From contig CAXXVK010000022.1 of assembly GCA_963676915.2 (NCBI GenBank), forward strand, positions 1-61,270: 61,270 bases of DNA, given 5' to 3'. This document shows, one piece after another, positions 43,024-53,542 of the stretch. The translations under genes and the position numbers were made by a program. The notes under the pieces were generated by a model. That model did not search any database. It was not told the origin of the DNA and worked only from the letters and a program-made list of their open reading frames with translations. Numbering within the stretch: position 1 is the first letter of the stretch; each line of letters opens with the position of its first letter. The stretch comes from Myxococcota bacterium (lineage in GTDB: Bacteria > Myxococcota_A > SURF-8 > G963663525).

Positions 43024-46008
43024 ATGTTTTTAAAAAATAACTTTTCCATTCTATGGATTGTAGTAGCTGCTTTTCTCGGATTCGCCTGTGATGACAGCAG
43101 CGACGAATCTGCACCTCAAGGTGATACCGACACGGTTTCCGAAAACGAGGTAGATACGGACGAAAACGCCCTGAATCCCGATCTTTACGCAAAAATTCTG
43201 GAAGAAGGTGACGAGGCAATCGGCGGTCCCAACGCCGGAGGTCGCGCCGGAGATATTTTACTGTCCAACAAGTACGTGCGTTTCGTGATTCAGGGGATGG
43301 GTCCGGCTCGTTCCTGGGTGCCATACGGTGGAACCTTGATCGATGCGGACCTCGTCCGAGATTCCGGTGGCAACGACCTGCTGGGTGAACTGACCCCGGT
43401 AACGGGTTTCGTTCGTGCGTTCGAACCGACCTCCATCGAAATCCTGGAAGACGGAACCAACGGCGAAACGGTGCACGTTCGCGCCACGGGCAAAGACGGA
43501 GGCATTCCGATCATCGATGCGGCGATTCCTTTATCAAGCCCCAACCTTACCGTAACCCTCGATTATTACCTGGGACTTGAAGATCGACACCTGATGATCA
43601 CTACCACGGCGAAATCCGCCGATTCCAGCTACCAATTCGACCTCGGCGACGCCGCCGTCTGGGGCAATCGCAGCAAAATCCTCACTCCCGGTTTCGGCTG
43701 GGGTGTTGACGGACTCGCGGCCCATGGCACATTCGATTGCCAGTTCTCCGTCGCGGCTCCGGGAGATTACGGAGAAACGGGGTTGGCGTACGGATTGTTC
43801 ACCGATGGCCATTCGCTCTCCGTGTTGACCGACCAGGCGGATATTCTGCCTTACATGGGATTCCAGGGAAAAAGCGAAGGCGGCTCGGGCGTGACCTACA
43901 CCCGCTATTTCGCCGTCGGCCAAACGATCAGCGATGTCTATCAAAGCTATTCCAACCTTCGCGCGGTGGCGTTGGCTCCTCTTTCGTTGAACATCACGGC
44001 AACCGATAGCGAGGACGCCGAAACCCGTTTCGAAATCGAAGCCATCGATACCGATGGAGTCGTTGCCCAGTACGCCTACGCGGGTGTGGGTGAAGAAACG
44101 ATGCTGCTGCCTCCTGGAACCTATACCCTACGTATCGGCGGAGAAGGACGCCCCTGGGTAGAGATGGAAAACGTCGTGATTTCGGAAACTTCGGACAACT
44201 CCGTTTCGTTGGAAGCTCCCGCCACCGGTTGGGTGGATTTCACCCTTGGCGGAGATCACTTCGACGGTACCGTCCGAGACGGCTTGCCGAGCAAAATCAC
44301 CTTGCAGATGGGACACGACGCCCACGTCGCCGCTCCGGTACTGCGCCGCGTGTATACGGCCAGCGGTCAAGGCACTTTTCTGCTGGAACCGGGGGAATAC
44401 ACCATCACCGGAACGAGAGGCTACGAATACGAGCTGTGCCGTGAAAACCTGACCGTCGTAGCCGGTTCGGAAAACCGTGTGAATTTCGACTGTTACCTGG
44501 AGCGCGTCGTAGATACCACCGGTTGGGTGGTGGGTGACCTGCATATTCATACGGAACGCAGCATCGACGCCATCGTACGGGTAGAAGACCGCGTGATTCA
44601 GTGTGCGGCCGAGGGCATCGAACGCACACCGATCACCGACCACGATACGGTAACGGTATTGGACCCGCTGGTTGAACCTTTGGGACTTCGAGATTACCTG
44701 AAAATCACCGCCGGTGACGAAGTTTCGCCGCTTTCGGCCCATTCGAACGGTTTCCCGATGACCCCACCCGACGACCGCCCCGCCTATTTCGGCGTGGACT
44801 GGACCTTGGGTTACGACGAAAACGGTATGATGATGGGCACCAAAACCAATCCACAAATCTGGGCGGATATGCGGGACAATCATCACGCCGGAATCATCCA
44901 GATCAACCACCCCCGTGGAAGTCAGGGATTTTTCGATTGGATCGATTACGACCCGATTCTTGGTGTGGATGCCCTGGAAGATGGTGTATTCGACGACAAC
45001 TGGGATACCGTCGAGCTGATCAACTCGGGAGGAGTCGATACGGCGCTTGAACAAATTCTGCCCGACTGGTTCAGCCTGCTCAACCAGGGGTATCACCGAG
45101 CGGGAACGGCGGTTTCCGACACCCACACCTACGCCAATCCGGGACAGGCGCGAACATACATGCGCGTAGGCACGGACGACCCGAACGAAGTCTCCGACGA
45201 ACTGTTGGTGGAAACCCTCAAAGCTATGCGCGTACAAGCGGCTAGCGGGCCGTTCGTGACCACCGCCATCGGAGACGCCCAGATCGGTGACACCGCAACC
45301 TTGGCGACCGGAGAAAACTCGATCGCGTTGGAAATCAAAGTACAAGCACCGTCGTGGATGCCGGTGGACTGGGTGAAAGTCGTGCAAAACGGCGAATTCG
45401 TGTGGGAAAGCGACGAGTTGGAAGACGCGGTCGTGCGTCTCGAAAAGACCTTGGACTTCGAGGTCACCAAAGATAGCTGGTTCGTCGTGTTGGCGGGTGC
45501 GCCGGAATCGACCCTCGCTCCCGAAGGTCCGGGACAACCGGTGCTGACGGTCGCCAACCCCATTTTCGTGGACCACGGCGGCGACGGCTACACCTCCCCC
45601 GGTCTGCCCGACACGAACAAGGCGCAGCAAATCATCAGTGATTTAAAAGACTTAGGTAGACTTTTCAATCCGCTACACCATCACCACGACACCGAACACG
45701 TTCATAATCAAACCAATGTTTGCGAGCACATCGCGGGTCTGGGAGATCACGTTTTCACCCACGACCACAAACAAATCAGCCAACTCGAACGGAAAATCCG
45801 GCAGGCACACGACCATGAAACGACGACCCATACCCACGGTCATCACCACGGACACACGCACGAGCACGGGCATACGCACCATGATCACGACCATGACGAA
45901 GACAACGTCAAAATGCATCATTACGGTCTGGGAAGCGATGTAGCACAACCTTTCGTCAAATGCGGCTGCGCACGACCGGACCTGATTCCAACCACGGTTT
46001 TGAAATAA
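43024..46008 (+). CDS. PHP-like (CehA/McbA-type) metallohydrolase lipoprotein with His-rich tail
   Basis: Lipobox GFAC; GDLHIHT..S.D, ITDHD, INHPR, SDTH, NPIFVD; His-rich C-terminus. Confidence 0.85.
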   Translation: MFLKNNFSILWIVVAAFLGFACDDSSDESAPQGDTDTVSENEVDTDENALNPDLYAKILEEGDEAIGGPNAGGRAGDILLSNKYVRFVIQGMGPARSWVPYGGTLIDADLVRDSGGNDLLGELTPVTGFVRAFEPTSIEILEDGTNGETVHVRATGKDGGIPIIDAAIPLSSPNLTVTLDYYLGLEDRHLMITTTAKSADSSYQFDLGDAAVWGNRSKILTPGFGWGVDGLAAHGTFDCQFSVAAPGDYGETGLAYGLFTDGHSLSVLTDQADILPYMGFQGKSEGGSGVTYTRYFAVGQTISDVYQSYSNLRAVALAPLSLNITATDSEDAETRFEIEAIDTDGVVAQYAYAGVGEETMLLPPGTYTLRIGGEGRPWVEMENVVISETSDNSVSLEAPATGWVDFTLGGDHFDGTVRDGLPSKITLQMGHDAHVAAPVLRRVYTASGQGTFLLEPGEYTITGTRGYEYELCRENLTVVAGSENRVNFDCYLERVVDTTGWVVGDLHIHTERSIDAIVRVEDRVIQCAAEGIERTPITDHDTVTVLDPLVEPLGLRDYLKITAGDEVSPLSAHSNGFPMTPPDDRPAYFGVDWTLGYDENGMMMGTKTNPQIWADMRDNHHAGIIQINHPRGSQGFFDWIDYDPILGVDALEDGVFDDNWDTVELINSGGVDTALEQILPDWFSLLNQGYHRAGTAVSDTHTYANPGQARTYMRVGTDDPNEVSDELLVETLKAMRVQAASGPFVTTAIGDAQIGDTATLATGENSIALEIKVQAPSWMPVDWVKVVQNGEFVWESDELEDAVVRLEKTLDFEVTKDSWFVVLAGAPESTLAPEGPGQPVLTVANPIFVDHGGDGYTSPGLPDTNKAQQIISDLKDLGRLFNPLHHHHDTEHVHNQTNVCEHIAGLGDHVFTHDHKQISQLERKIRQAHDHETTTHTHGHHHGHTHEHGHTHHDHDHDEDNVKMHHYGLGSDVAQPFVKCGCARPDLIPTTVLK

Positions 46009-46070
46009 TCACGTGACGTCGTGCAACGAAAGCAGCCTTGAATCGTGAACCTGAACTTTCCAAAGAAGCC

Positions 46071-46262
46071 ATGCCGAAAAAGGAAGACAAAGACACTCGC
46101 TACTTCATCGATCTCGATATGAAGACCCAAAAAATCCTGGGGTGGGATTTCGGGCAACGGCACGATCTGGCCCAGGTATTGACGAACCCCGACCATCATC
46201 GAATATTCATCACCAAAGGTCAGTACAACAAGCTGGTAAAAACGGTCGAGTCGATCACGTAG
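46071..46262 (+). CDS. Small hypothetical protein
   Basis: ATG 46071, MPKKEDKDTRYFIDLD..HRIFITKGQYNKL; globular-looking. Confidence 0.6.
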   Translation: MPKKEDKDTRYFIDLDMKTQKILGWDFGQRHDLAQVLTNPDHHRIFITKGQYNKLVKTVESIT

Positions 46263-46435
46263 CGGAGGACGTCGGGTACCTTGTTATCCGGTAACGAAAT
46301 CAGGCAGGTAAGGTTAGGTCTGCGTTTTGCATTCTTCCATCAAATTCCTTGCAACAATTTCATTGAAGCCGTATTCGGGCTGTTGTACGATGGTCAAGGT
46401 ATCGGTGAAGTTCGCGGTAACTTCGGAAGGAAGAC

Positions 46436-46984
46436 ATGGGTTTCGTCGCCGGTTATAGGTTGCGCGTTTTCCCGGTCATAAGGGGGATGATAGGGTGGGT
46501 CGCCGTGTTGTTTTTCGTGGCCTGCGGGTATTCCTTCGGGGAAACACGTGTCGATCCGAATATGCCGGTTGTGGCGGTGGCGGTTCCCGTATTCGAAGAC
46601 CGAAGCTCCGTGATGGATGCGGCACCATGCTTCACGACGCAGGCGAGAAACGAAATCGCCAGGCGTGCGGGGCTAAAACTCGGTCCTGCCGGGTCGGAAT
46701 ATACGATGGTGGGGAAAATCATGGAAATAAATTCCCCGCTTGGATCGTTACGTACTAGAGGAACGGGCTATCGCACATTAAGTTACGAATTGTCCGCCAA
46801 GGTGGAGGTGGCGTTGCTTGACAGGTCGGGTCTTGTTTTACGAGAAAAGATCGTGGAAGATTCGATTGTCTTTCCCGGTGGTCCCTATCCCGAACGGAGC
46901 GACGCAGACCGGAGAAAAGCCCTGGATCAACTGGCAAAGCGCATGATGCGCAGGGCCATCGATGATGTGATGGAGAGGTTTTAA
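46436..46984 (+). CDS. lptE: LPS assembly lipoprotein LptE-like
   Basis: Lipobox VACGY; VAVPVFE; sits immediately upstream of holA, a conserved gene order. Confidence 0.75.
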   Translation: MGFVAGYRLRVFPVIRGMIGWVAVLFFVACGYSFGETRVDPNMPVVAVAVPVFEDRSSVMDAAPCFTTQARNEIARRAGLKLGPAGSEYTMVGKIMEINSPLGSLRTRGTGYRTLSYELSAKVEVALLDRSGLVLREKIVEDSIVFPGGPYPERSDADRRKALDQLAKRMMRRAIDDVMERF

Positions 46985-48063
46985 TGGCCGGAGCCCCACG
47001 CGGTGGCGCGGATTTTCAAAACATGATGAAGCGGTTGGCCACCGGCTCGATCGACCCCGTGTACTATCTTTTCGGTGCCGAACGGCTGCTGATCGACCGC
47101 TTGTTTGCCGAAATCCTCCGGCAGGTGGTGGACGGCAAACGCAACGATCTGGATTGCTCGATGCAGACGGCGGGAAGTCAACCCCTGGTACAGACGCTCG
47201 ATCTTGCCCGCACCTACCCGATGATGCGCCCCAAGCGGCTGGCCGTGCTCCGGGAAGCGGAGAAGCTCAAAGCGGACGACTGGGCGGCTCTCGCCCGATA
47301 CCTGGAAGATCCACCGGACACGACCTGCTTGGTGCTGATCGGTCAGAAAAAGCCCGATTCCCGCAGCAAAGCCGGTGGAAGTGTTGCAAGATTACTTAAG
47401 AAAAACGGATGGTTGCATGAGTTTGCCGAATTGAAGAACCGGCAACAGATTCTTCCGTTTTTAAATGCCGAACTCAAGATTCAGCGCAAAAAAATGGATG
47501 CTCGCGCCCAGAGTGTGTTGCTCGATCTGATTGGCAACGACCTGACGACAATCGTCGGCGCTATCGAACGGCTGGCGTTGTATGTCGGCGATGAGGAAAT
47601 CATCGGTCTCGACGCCGTGGAAAAGATGGTGGCGCAGACGCGCATCGAAGATATCTGGGACTATCAGGACGCCTTGGCCACGAGGAATTTTCGAAAAGCA
47701 TTTTCAGCTCTGATGCGCCTGGAGGAATCCCGGCAGAAAACGGACGAATACCTGCTGCTGTTGGGAACGATCCACCGTCATTTTCGCGGGTTGTGGACCA
47801 TTCGTTCCTTGCGGGACCGTCGTATGACGCTCGATCAGGTCAAAAAAATCGTCGGGGGACATCCCTTTGTGATCAAACGTCAGTTCGAGCAGGCCGGGCG
47901 GATCGATCTTTCGGCGTTTCCCATTATTTTCGATGCCTTGGCCGAGGCGGACCGGCGGATGAAGTCCAGCACGCTTGCGCCGTCAAGGCTGTTCGAGCGC
48001 ATGACCCGTCGCATCTGCGATGGCAAGGGAACCGAGGGTTTGCGCCAACCGAGACGGCTGTGA
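46984..48063 (+). CDS. holA: DNA polymerase III delta subunit
   Basis: PVYYLFG.E, YLEDPP.TT.LVL, LIGNDL, HPFV, D..MKS. Confidence 0.9.
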   Translation: MAGAPRGGADFQNMMKRLATGSIDPVYYLFGAERLLIDRLFAEILRQVVDGKRNDLDCSMQTAGSQPLVQTLDLARTYPMMRPKRLAVLREAEKLKADDWAALARYLEDPPDTTCLVLIGQKKPDSRSKAGGSVARLLKKNGWLHEFAELKNRQQILPFLNAELKIQRKKMDARAQSVLLDLIGNDLTTIVGAIERLALYVGDEEIIGLDAVEKMVAQTRIEDIWDYQDALATRNFRKAFSALMRLEESRQKTDEYLLLLGTIHRHFRGLWTIRSLRDRRMTLDQVKKIVGGHPFVIKRQFEQAGRIDLSAFPIIFDALAEADRRMKSSTLAPSRLFERMTRRICDGKGTEGLRQPRRL

Positions 48064-48076
48064 TAGAAAGGTTCGC

Positions 48077-49270
48077 ATGAAGGCGAAAAGCAAAACCAAA
48101 ACGCCCCGGAAAACGACCCAAACCGGGACAAAGAAAAAAGCCAAGACCGCTGCACCCAAAAAGACGGCGAAGAAGTCGACGAAAACCGCAGCGAAAAAGA
48201 AAACGGCCAAGTCCTCGACATCCAAGGGAAAATCGAAAAACTCCACCAAGAAAAAGGTTCTGGTTCCCGAAGTGTTGCCGGTGGAAAAAGAGAACGAGGA
48301 ACTCGAAAGTCTCGATACCGACAAAATTCTTGCCGATGAGCGTGCGGGAAAACTCGGTGGAAAAATCGCCCCGCGCCCCAAAAAAAACGAAACGTTGCCG
48401 GTCCATATGGACATGCTGCAACGCTATCTTATGGAAGTCCGCCGCTATTCGCTGATGACCCGCGAGGAAGAACGCGAGGTCGCGACGAAGTATTACGAAA
48501 CCGGTGATTCCGACGCCGCCCAGCAGATGGTGACCAGCAACCTGCGCCTTGTGGTGAAAATTGCGCTGGATTACCGCAAATATTGGATGAACCTGCTCGA
48601 TCTGGTGCAGGAAGGCAACTTGGGACTGATTCAGGCCGTAAAGAATTTCAATCCTTATAAGGAAGTGAAATTAAGTAGTTACGCTTCGTTTTGGATCAAA
48701 GCCTACATCCTGAAATACATCCTCGACGGTTGGTCGATGGTGAAAATCGGCACTACCCAGGCCCAACGCAAGGTGTTTTTCAATCTGCGCAAAGAGCAGG
48801 AACGCTATGCTCTGTTGGGATACAAACCCAGTGCCAAGGAAATCGCCGAAAACCTCAATGTGAAAGAAGAAGTCGTCGTCGAGATGGACCAACGCATGAG
48901 CGGCGGCGATTTTTCGCTGGATGCGCCAGTCGGTGAGGAAGGCGAAGGCACGCACCTGGATTTCGTCGAATCCGAGGATCAGCCCTTCGACGATATGCTG
49001 GCCGAGGTGGAAATCCGCAGGCTTTTCAGGGACAAACTCGCCGATTTCCGCGAACAGTTGGACGAACGCGAGCTGTTTATCCTCGAATTCCGTCTGCTGG
49101 CCGACCAACCCGAAACCCTGAAATCGATCGGAGAACGCTTCGAAGTCTCCCGCGAGCGGGTTCGGCAGATCGAAGAACGGATCATCAAGAAACTGAAAGT
49201 GTTTTTCATGGACCAGGTTCCCGACCTGGGAGACGTAACCCTCGATATCACCCCACGCGACATCGATTGA
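48077..49270 (+). CDS. RpoH/sigma32-family sigma factor with Lys-rich N-terminal extension
   Basis: SNLRLVVKIA, DLVQEGNLGL, RpoH-box-like VKIGTTQAQRKVFFNLRK, VSRERVRQIE. Confidence 0.9.
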   Translation: MKAKSKTKTPRKTTQTGTKKKAKTAAPKKTAKKSTKTAAKKKTAKSSTSKGKSKNSTKKKVLVPEVLPVEKENEELESLDTDKILADERAGKLGGKIAPRPKKNETLPVHMDMLQRYLMEVRRYSLMTREEEREVATKYYETGDSDAAQQMVTSNLRLVVKIALDYRKYWMNLLDLVQEGNLGLIQAVKNFNPYKEVKLSSYASFWIKAYILKYILDGWSMVKIGTTQAQRKVFFNLRKEQERYALLGYKPSAKEIAENLNVKEEVVVEMDQRMSGGDFSLDAPVGEEGEGTHLDFVESEDQPFDDMLAEVEIRRLFRDKLADFREQLDERELFILEFRLLADQPETLKSIGERFEVSRERVRQIEERIIKKLKVFFMDQVPDLGDVTLDITPRDID

Positions 49271-49296
49271 CTTTCCGCCACCGGCCAAGGACGCTC

Positions 49297-50022
49297 ATGA
49301 CCCGACTCACTCCCATTTCCATCGTTTCGAGGCTGCTGCTTGCCGTGGTCTGGCTTTCGGTGGGTTCATTGTATGCCGCAGAAACCGAAGCCGATTCCAC
49401 ACAACCGGAAGCGGACAGCGAAACCCGCGACGAAAAAATCACCCGGCTGGCCAAAGAAGAACTGGCCGCGCAAAAGGATCTTCTGTACGTCGAGGACAAA
49501 TGGCCGGAATGGATGTGGGAAGAGGAACGACCCCGCCCGTGGTATTTCACCGGGGCGCTGGGCTATTCGTTTTTCACGCCTCACGATGGTGAAACGGCAC
49601 GAAGCGGCGGTAGTCTGCGTCTTGCGGGAGGGCACGCCTTCAACGAAATCTGGCGGTTGGGGCTGCGCTTCGAGTTATCGATCTACGACGGCACGGAAGA
49701 CGCGACAAATTCTAACGGACTCTACAGTCAAACGGCCTTGCTGGCCGAAACCGGTTATTATTTTCCAACAAGTATCGAATGGTTCCATCCCTTCCTCGTC
49801 GGCGGATTGGGCTGGCAACGCACCCAACTGGATGTGGAAACGGAAACCCGCTTCTCCACCCACTCCCTGCTCGTCGAAATCGGAGCCGGTTTTCTTTTCA
49901 GCCTGACGCCTGCCTGGTGGCTGGGAATGGAAATCACCGGTGCCATGGCATTTCTGGGACACGAGGATATTCAGACGACGTTCAACAACCGTTACCTGTT
50001 CAACGTGGAATACCGGTTCTAA
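49297..50022 (+). CDS. Outer-membrane beta-barrel protein
   Basis: Signal peptide, amphipathic strands, C-terminal YRF. Confidence 0.75.
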   Translation: MTRLTPISIVSRLLLAVVWLSVGSLYAAETEADSTQPEADSETRDEKITRLAKEELAAQKDLLYVEDKWPEWMWEEERPRPWYFTGALGYSFFTPHDGETARSGGSLRLAGGHAFNEIWRLGLRFELSIYDGTEDATNSNGLYSQTALLAETGYYFPTSIEWFHPFLVGGLGWQRTQLDVETETRFSTHSLLVEIGAGFLFSLTPAWWLGMEITGAMAFLGHEDIQTTFNNRYLFNVEYRF

Positions 50023-50078
50023 CCCTGAAACTTCAGAATTGACCTGCTACACTGGAAATCTTCTAAAATTTCCAGCCC

Positions 50079-50843
50079 TTACAGCACCGCCAGTGCGGCT
50101 CCCAGCGCACCGACCAACTGCGGTTGCGGCAAGACCTGAACTTCGGTTCCGAGCTGATGTTCCAACTCGCCGACCATCGCCGCGTTGAGGGCTACGCCGC
50201 CGCTCATCATGATCTTGGTTCCGGCGGGGACGTTGCCCGCCAAAGCTCCGACTCGTGTGGACAATGAACGATGCAAGCCCTTCAAAATGTCGTCCACGTC
50301 TTCGCCCTGAGCCACGAGCGAGACGACCTCGCTTTCGGCGAAAACGGTACAAGTACTTGAAATCGGTATGGCTTTATGGGCTTTTCCCACTCGTGCGGAA
50401 ACGTCCTCGATTGGCACGTGCAGGCGTTCGATAATGACTTCCAGAAAACGTCCCGTTCCAGCGGCGCATTTGTCATTCATGGCGAAGTCCGTGACGTGTC
50501 CCTGACCATCGATATGAATGACTTTGGTGTCCTGCCCGCCGATATCGATCAGGATGCCCGCCCCACGCAGGTGATGAAAAGCTCCTTTGGCGTGGCAGGT
50601 GATTTCCGTGAGAATTTTGGCGTTCTCGACCCGTTTGCGACCGTAGCCCGTTGCGGCGACCGGCAAATCTTGCGTGATTCCGGCTTTGTTCCTCAGTTCT
50701 TCCAGTGCTCGGCGGGTCTGGATGTCGATCAGCGGGTCCGTGGCTTCCACATGGCTGTGCAACACGGTTCCGGCGTTGTCGAGGACCACCGCTTTCCAGG
50801 TCGTCGAACCGATATCGATGCCGATGGCAGCGGGATCACTCAT
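50079..50843 (-). CDS. 2-hydroxyacyl-CoA dehydratase activase (HgdC/BadF-like)
   Basis: GIDIGSTT.K, TGYGR, EITCH, DIGGQD.K, MNDKCAAGTGRF, CTVFAESE. Confidence 0.95.
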   Translation of the reverse strand: MSDPAAIGIDIGSTTWKAVVLDNAGTVLHSHVEATDPLIDIQTRRALEELRNKAGITQDLPVAATGYGRKRVENAKILTEITCHAKGAFHHLRGAGILIDIGGQDTKVIHIDGQGHVTDFAMNDKCAAGTGRFLEVIIERLHVPIEDVSARVGKAHKAIPISSTCTVFAESEVVSLVAQGEDVDDILKGLHRSLSTRVGALAGNVPAGTKIMMSGGVALNAAMVGELEHQLGTEVQVLPQPQLVGALGAALAVL

Positions 50844-52155
50844 CGAAACTCTCCATGAAAGCCTGTAGCCGGGTTTCGCCCTGCTCGCTGGAATACAAAC
50901 GATGATCCGAGTGGTCGGCTTCAAGGACGATGGCTTTGACACCCGCCTCTTCGGCCAATCTGCGTTTTACGTCGATCTGGCCTACCGAATAAGGCTTGCA
51001 GGAACGGTCCGAGTGCAGCACCGCACCCTGGGCACTGTAATCCTTGGCCAGTTGTTTCATGGTTTCCAGGCGGTTGCCCAGATCCCGGTTGAGGTAAACC
51101 ATGGTGTACGCCTTCGCGGCGGAGAGAATGGGATCGTTGGGTTCGATCATCCGCCCGGCCTCGGCCCAGGCGTTGGAATAGGTGGCGGTTACGAAATTAA
51201 ACCCTTTTTCGGCGAACATCGTGGACAACTCCCGCACGTTGAACCAGATGGGCAGGTTGTCCCACAATAGCCTGACTTTTTCGTTTTTGATGCCTCCGAT
51301 ACCTTTTTGCACCCGGTCGTCGAGTTCGTCTTTCAGATGGCGGTAGAAGGCGTTGCACTCTTTGGTGCCGCGAATACTGACGATGGGAGCGATAAAGAAA
51401 AAGGTATCGAAGCCGGTCCAGGGCGCGGGTTTGGCGCGAGCCGTTTCGAGGCACTGTCCCCAAAGGTCCGAACCTTCCAGCGCTACGTGCATGATTTCAA
51501 CCAGTTTTTCGTGTTCCACCCGGCGGCCACTGATCCGACTGCCGACCTCCATCAGCTCTTCCAACTGGTCTTTTACGTAATCCACGTGGTGATCTTGCAT
51601 CCCGCCGTACGCAAACGGTGTGTCGATAATCACCAACGGCACCTGAAAATATTCCGCCAAAGCTCGGTACCAGTACAACACGGTCTGGCAGATGTTCGTA
51701 CAGCAGGCCAGCAGGTCGGGCTTGGGTAGGCGACCTACCGGAGTATGGGTTTTCAACACGTTGCCGATGTCGGTGCGGGCGTAGCTGCACAGATCCAGCT
51801 TGTAGCCTTCCTGCTCGGCGGCGGCGGAAATATCGGGCACCATATGCCTTGCACCGCAGAGGGCGGCGTGGTTTTCGGGATAAATCACGTAATAGCCCAG
51901 CAGTTTGAGCACTTCGGAAGGAAAGCCGCTCGTGACCCAGGCCACCGGCACCGCCCCATCGGCATAACGGCCCTGAAAATAGTGCATCATCATGATTTCC
52001 TTGAGTTTCTGCACGCTTTCCAAGGGAGGTCCGAAGGGGGTGTCGCGGGGTTTGCGTGTGGCGGCTTTGCGCTGGGCTTTCCAGCGATCGAGCGCCATCA
52101 TGAAGGGACCGACGGCCCGTCCGGCCAATTCGAATTGCAATCTTCGAGAAATCAT
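50836..52155 (-). CDS. 2-hydroxyacyl-CoA dehydratase subunit (alpha-like)
   Basis: YPENH, DLCSYAR, NICQ, RSCKP, TRLQAF.E. Confidence 0.9.
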   Translation of the reverse strand: MISRRLQFELAGRAVGPFMMALDRWKAQRKAATRKPRDTPFGPPLESVQKLKEIMMMHYFQGRYADGAVPVAWVTSGFPSEVLKLLGYYVIYPENHAALCGARHMVPDISAAAEQEGYKLDLCSYARTDIGNVLKTHTPVGRLPKPDLLACCTNICQTVLYWYRALAEYFQVPLVIIDTPFAYGGMQDHHVDYVKDQLEELMEVGSRISGRRVEHEKLVEIMHVALEGSDLWGQCLETARAKPAPWTGFDTFFFIAPIVSIRGTKECNAFYRHLKDELDDRVQKGIGGIKNEKVRLLWDNLPIWFNVRELSTMFAEKGFNFVTATYSNAWAEAGRMIEPNDPILSAAKAYTMVYLNRDLGNRLETMKQLAKDYSAQGAVLHSDRSCKPYSVGQIDVKRRLAEEAGVKAIVLEADHSDHRLYSSEQGETRLQAFMESFDE

Positions 52156-52164
52156 CGAATGCTC

Positions 52165-53256
52165 CTATCGTCCGCTTTCAGCCATTTCGACAAAGGCCTC
52201 CAGTCGGGTGACCGTCTGGCCGCTCAATTCGGCTTCCAATTCGCTTTCCATATACAAAACCGGGATATTTTCGGCAGCGAAACGCTTTTTCAGGTGTGGC
52301 AGATCGAACATTTCCGGCTCGCAGAATTTCACGTTGTGAAACACGACGCCTTTCGCCCCGCTTTTTCGGTAAAGATGCGTCAAATAGTTGCGGCGGTGAT
52401 CCACCAGACCGGCTCTCGTCGAACAGGGCGGCAGGCTGAAATAGAGATCCACCAGCGTATCGAAAGGATCGTCCGCCACGTCTTCCGGCTGCAAACGCGC
52501 AATGCGGCGACGCAGGACGGTGTAGTCGTCGGCTACGACAAAGGCTCCGGCTTCGGCGAGGTTGTCGAAAATCGACATCGGTTCCGGGACGATGCCGGTC
52601 AGCATCAGCGGAACGCCTTTCTGCACCGGTTCGTCTTCGATTTTCTCCTCAAGCGTTTCGAGAATGCCGAGGAACTCTTCCGGCCAGGTGTATTCTCCTT
52701 GACGCAGCAGGGAGTAGAACTCGCGGTCATCAAGAGAGATATTAGGCCGTTTATCCAGCAAATTCAAAAGCTTGGCGTCGATTTTCCGATGCAGGCGAAT
52801 TGCTTCGGCCAGCTTTTCGGGATTGAGGGATTCTCCGGCAAAGGCTTCCAGCTTGGAGGCCAATGCCTGTAATTCCAGCTTGACGTATTTGCGCGAGCTG
52901 GCGCGTTCGTCGCCTTTGGGGTGAATGAAATGAAACACCGGCTTGTCGTACCCGGCGAGATCGGGAAGCAGCGTCGCCAGACCCTGAATCGAATCGCAGG
53001 TATGCGGGAACAGCAGGGCGTCGAGCATCTCGCCACCTTTGTCGGCGAGAAACCCCATGGCGTTGCGGACGATGGGACAGACATAAGTCTGAATTCGTCC
53101 GGCTTCCACGCTTTTCGGTGGTCCGGGCGGTCCCCAGATTTCCACGCAGTACAGCCCCAGGGCCGTCAACAATTCTTTGGGAAACGAGATCGGCAGTACG
53201 CCGACGATTTTACGCTTGTGCTCGTCTCGCTGTTTCGCGATATAGGATGTTCGCAT
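52165..53256 (-). CDS. 2-hydroxyacyl-CoA dehydratase subunit (beta-like)
   Basis: P.ELL.A, YVC, HTCD, KFCEP, TRLEAF.E. Confidence 0.9.
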   Translation of the reverse strand: MRTSYIAKQRDEHKRKIVGVLPISFPKELLTALGLYCVEIWGPPGPPKSVEAGRIQTYVCPIVRNAMGFLADKGGEMLDALLFPHTCDSIQGLATLLPDLAGYDKPVFHFIHPKGDERASSRKYVKLELQALASKLEAFAGESLNPEKLAEAIRLHRKIDAKLLNLLDKRPNISLDDREFYSLLRQGEYTWPEEFLGILETLEEKIEDEPVQKGVPLMLTGIVPEPMSIFDNLAEAGAFVVADDYTVLRRRIARLQPEDVADDPFDTLVDLYFSLPPCSTRAGLVDHRRNYLTHLYRKSGAKGVVFHNVKFCEPEMFDLPHLKKRFAAENIPVLYMESELEAELSGQTVTRLEAFVEMAESGR

Positions 53257-53542
53257 CGTTCTCCTCGGACCAACGAAGGGAAATCACCCGCAACCGGAAA
53301 CTCGTCGTCCCGCTTCCGGTGGCGTATTCTCAGGAATCGCGGTTCGTAGCTGAGCCAGTCTATCGTCAAACACGACGACCGACCAATAGAATTCTTGGTA
53401 ATTTTCCTGAATTCACTTTCGAAACATCGAAATACAGACGAAAGCTTTGGATTCCGATTCCTCTCGACGAAAAAGTTGACCGTGGGAAGTCCAATTAGGT
53501 AAGCTTATCCTAAATCAACGATGGGACATTCCGAGGTGATTC

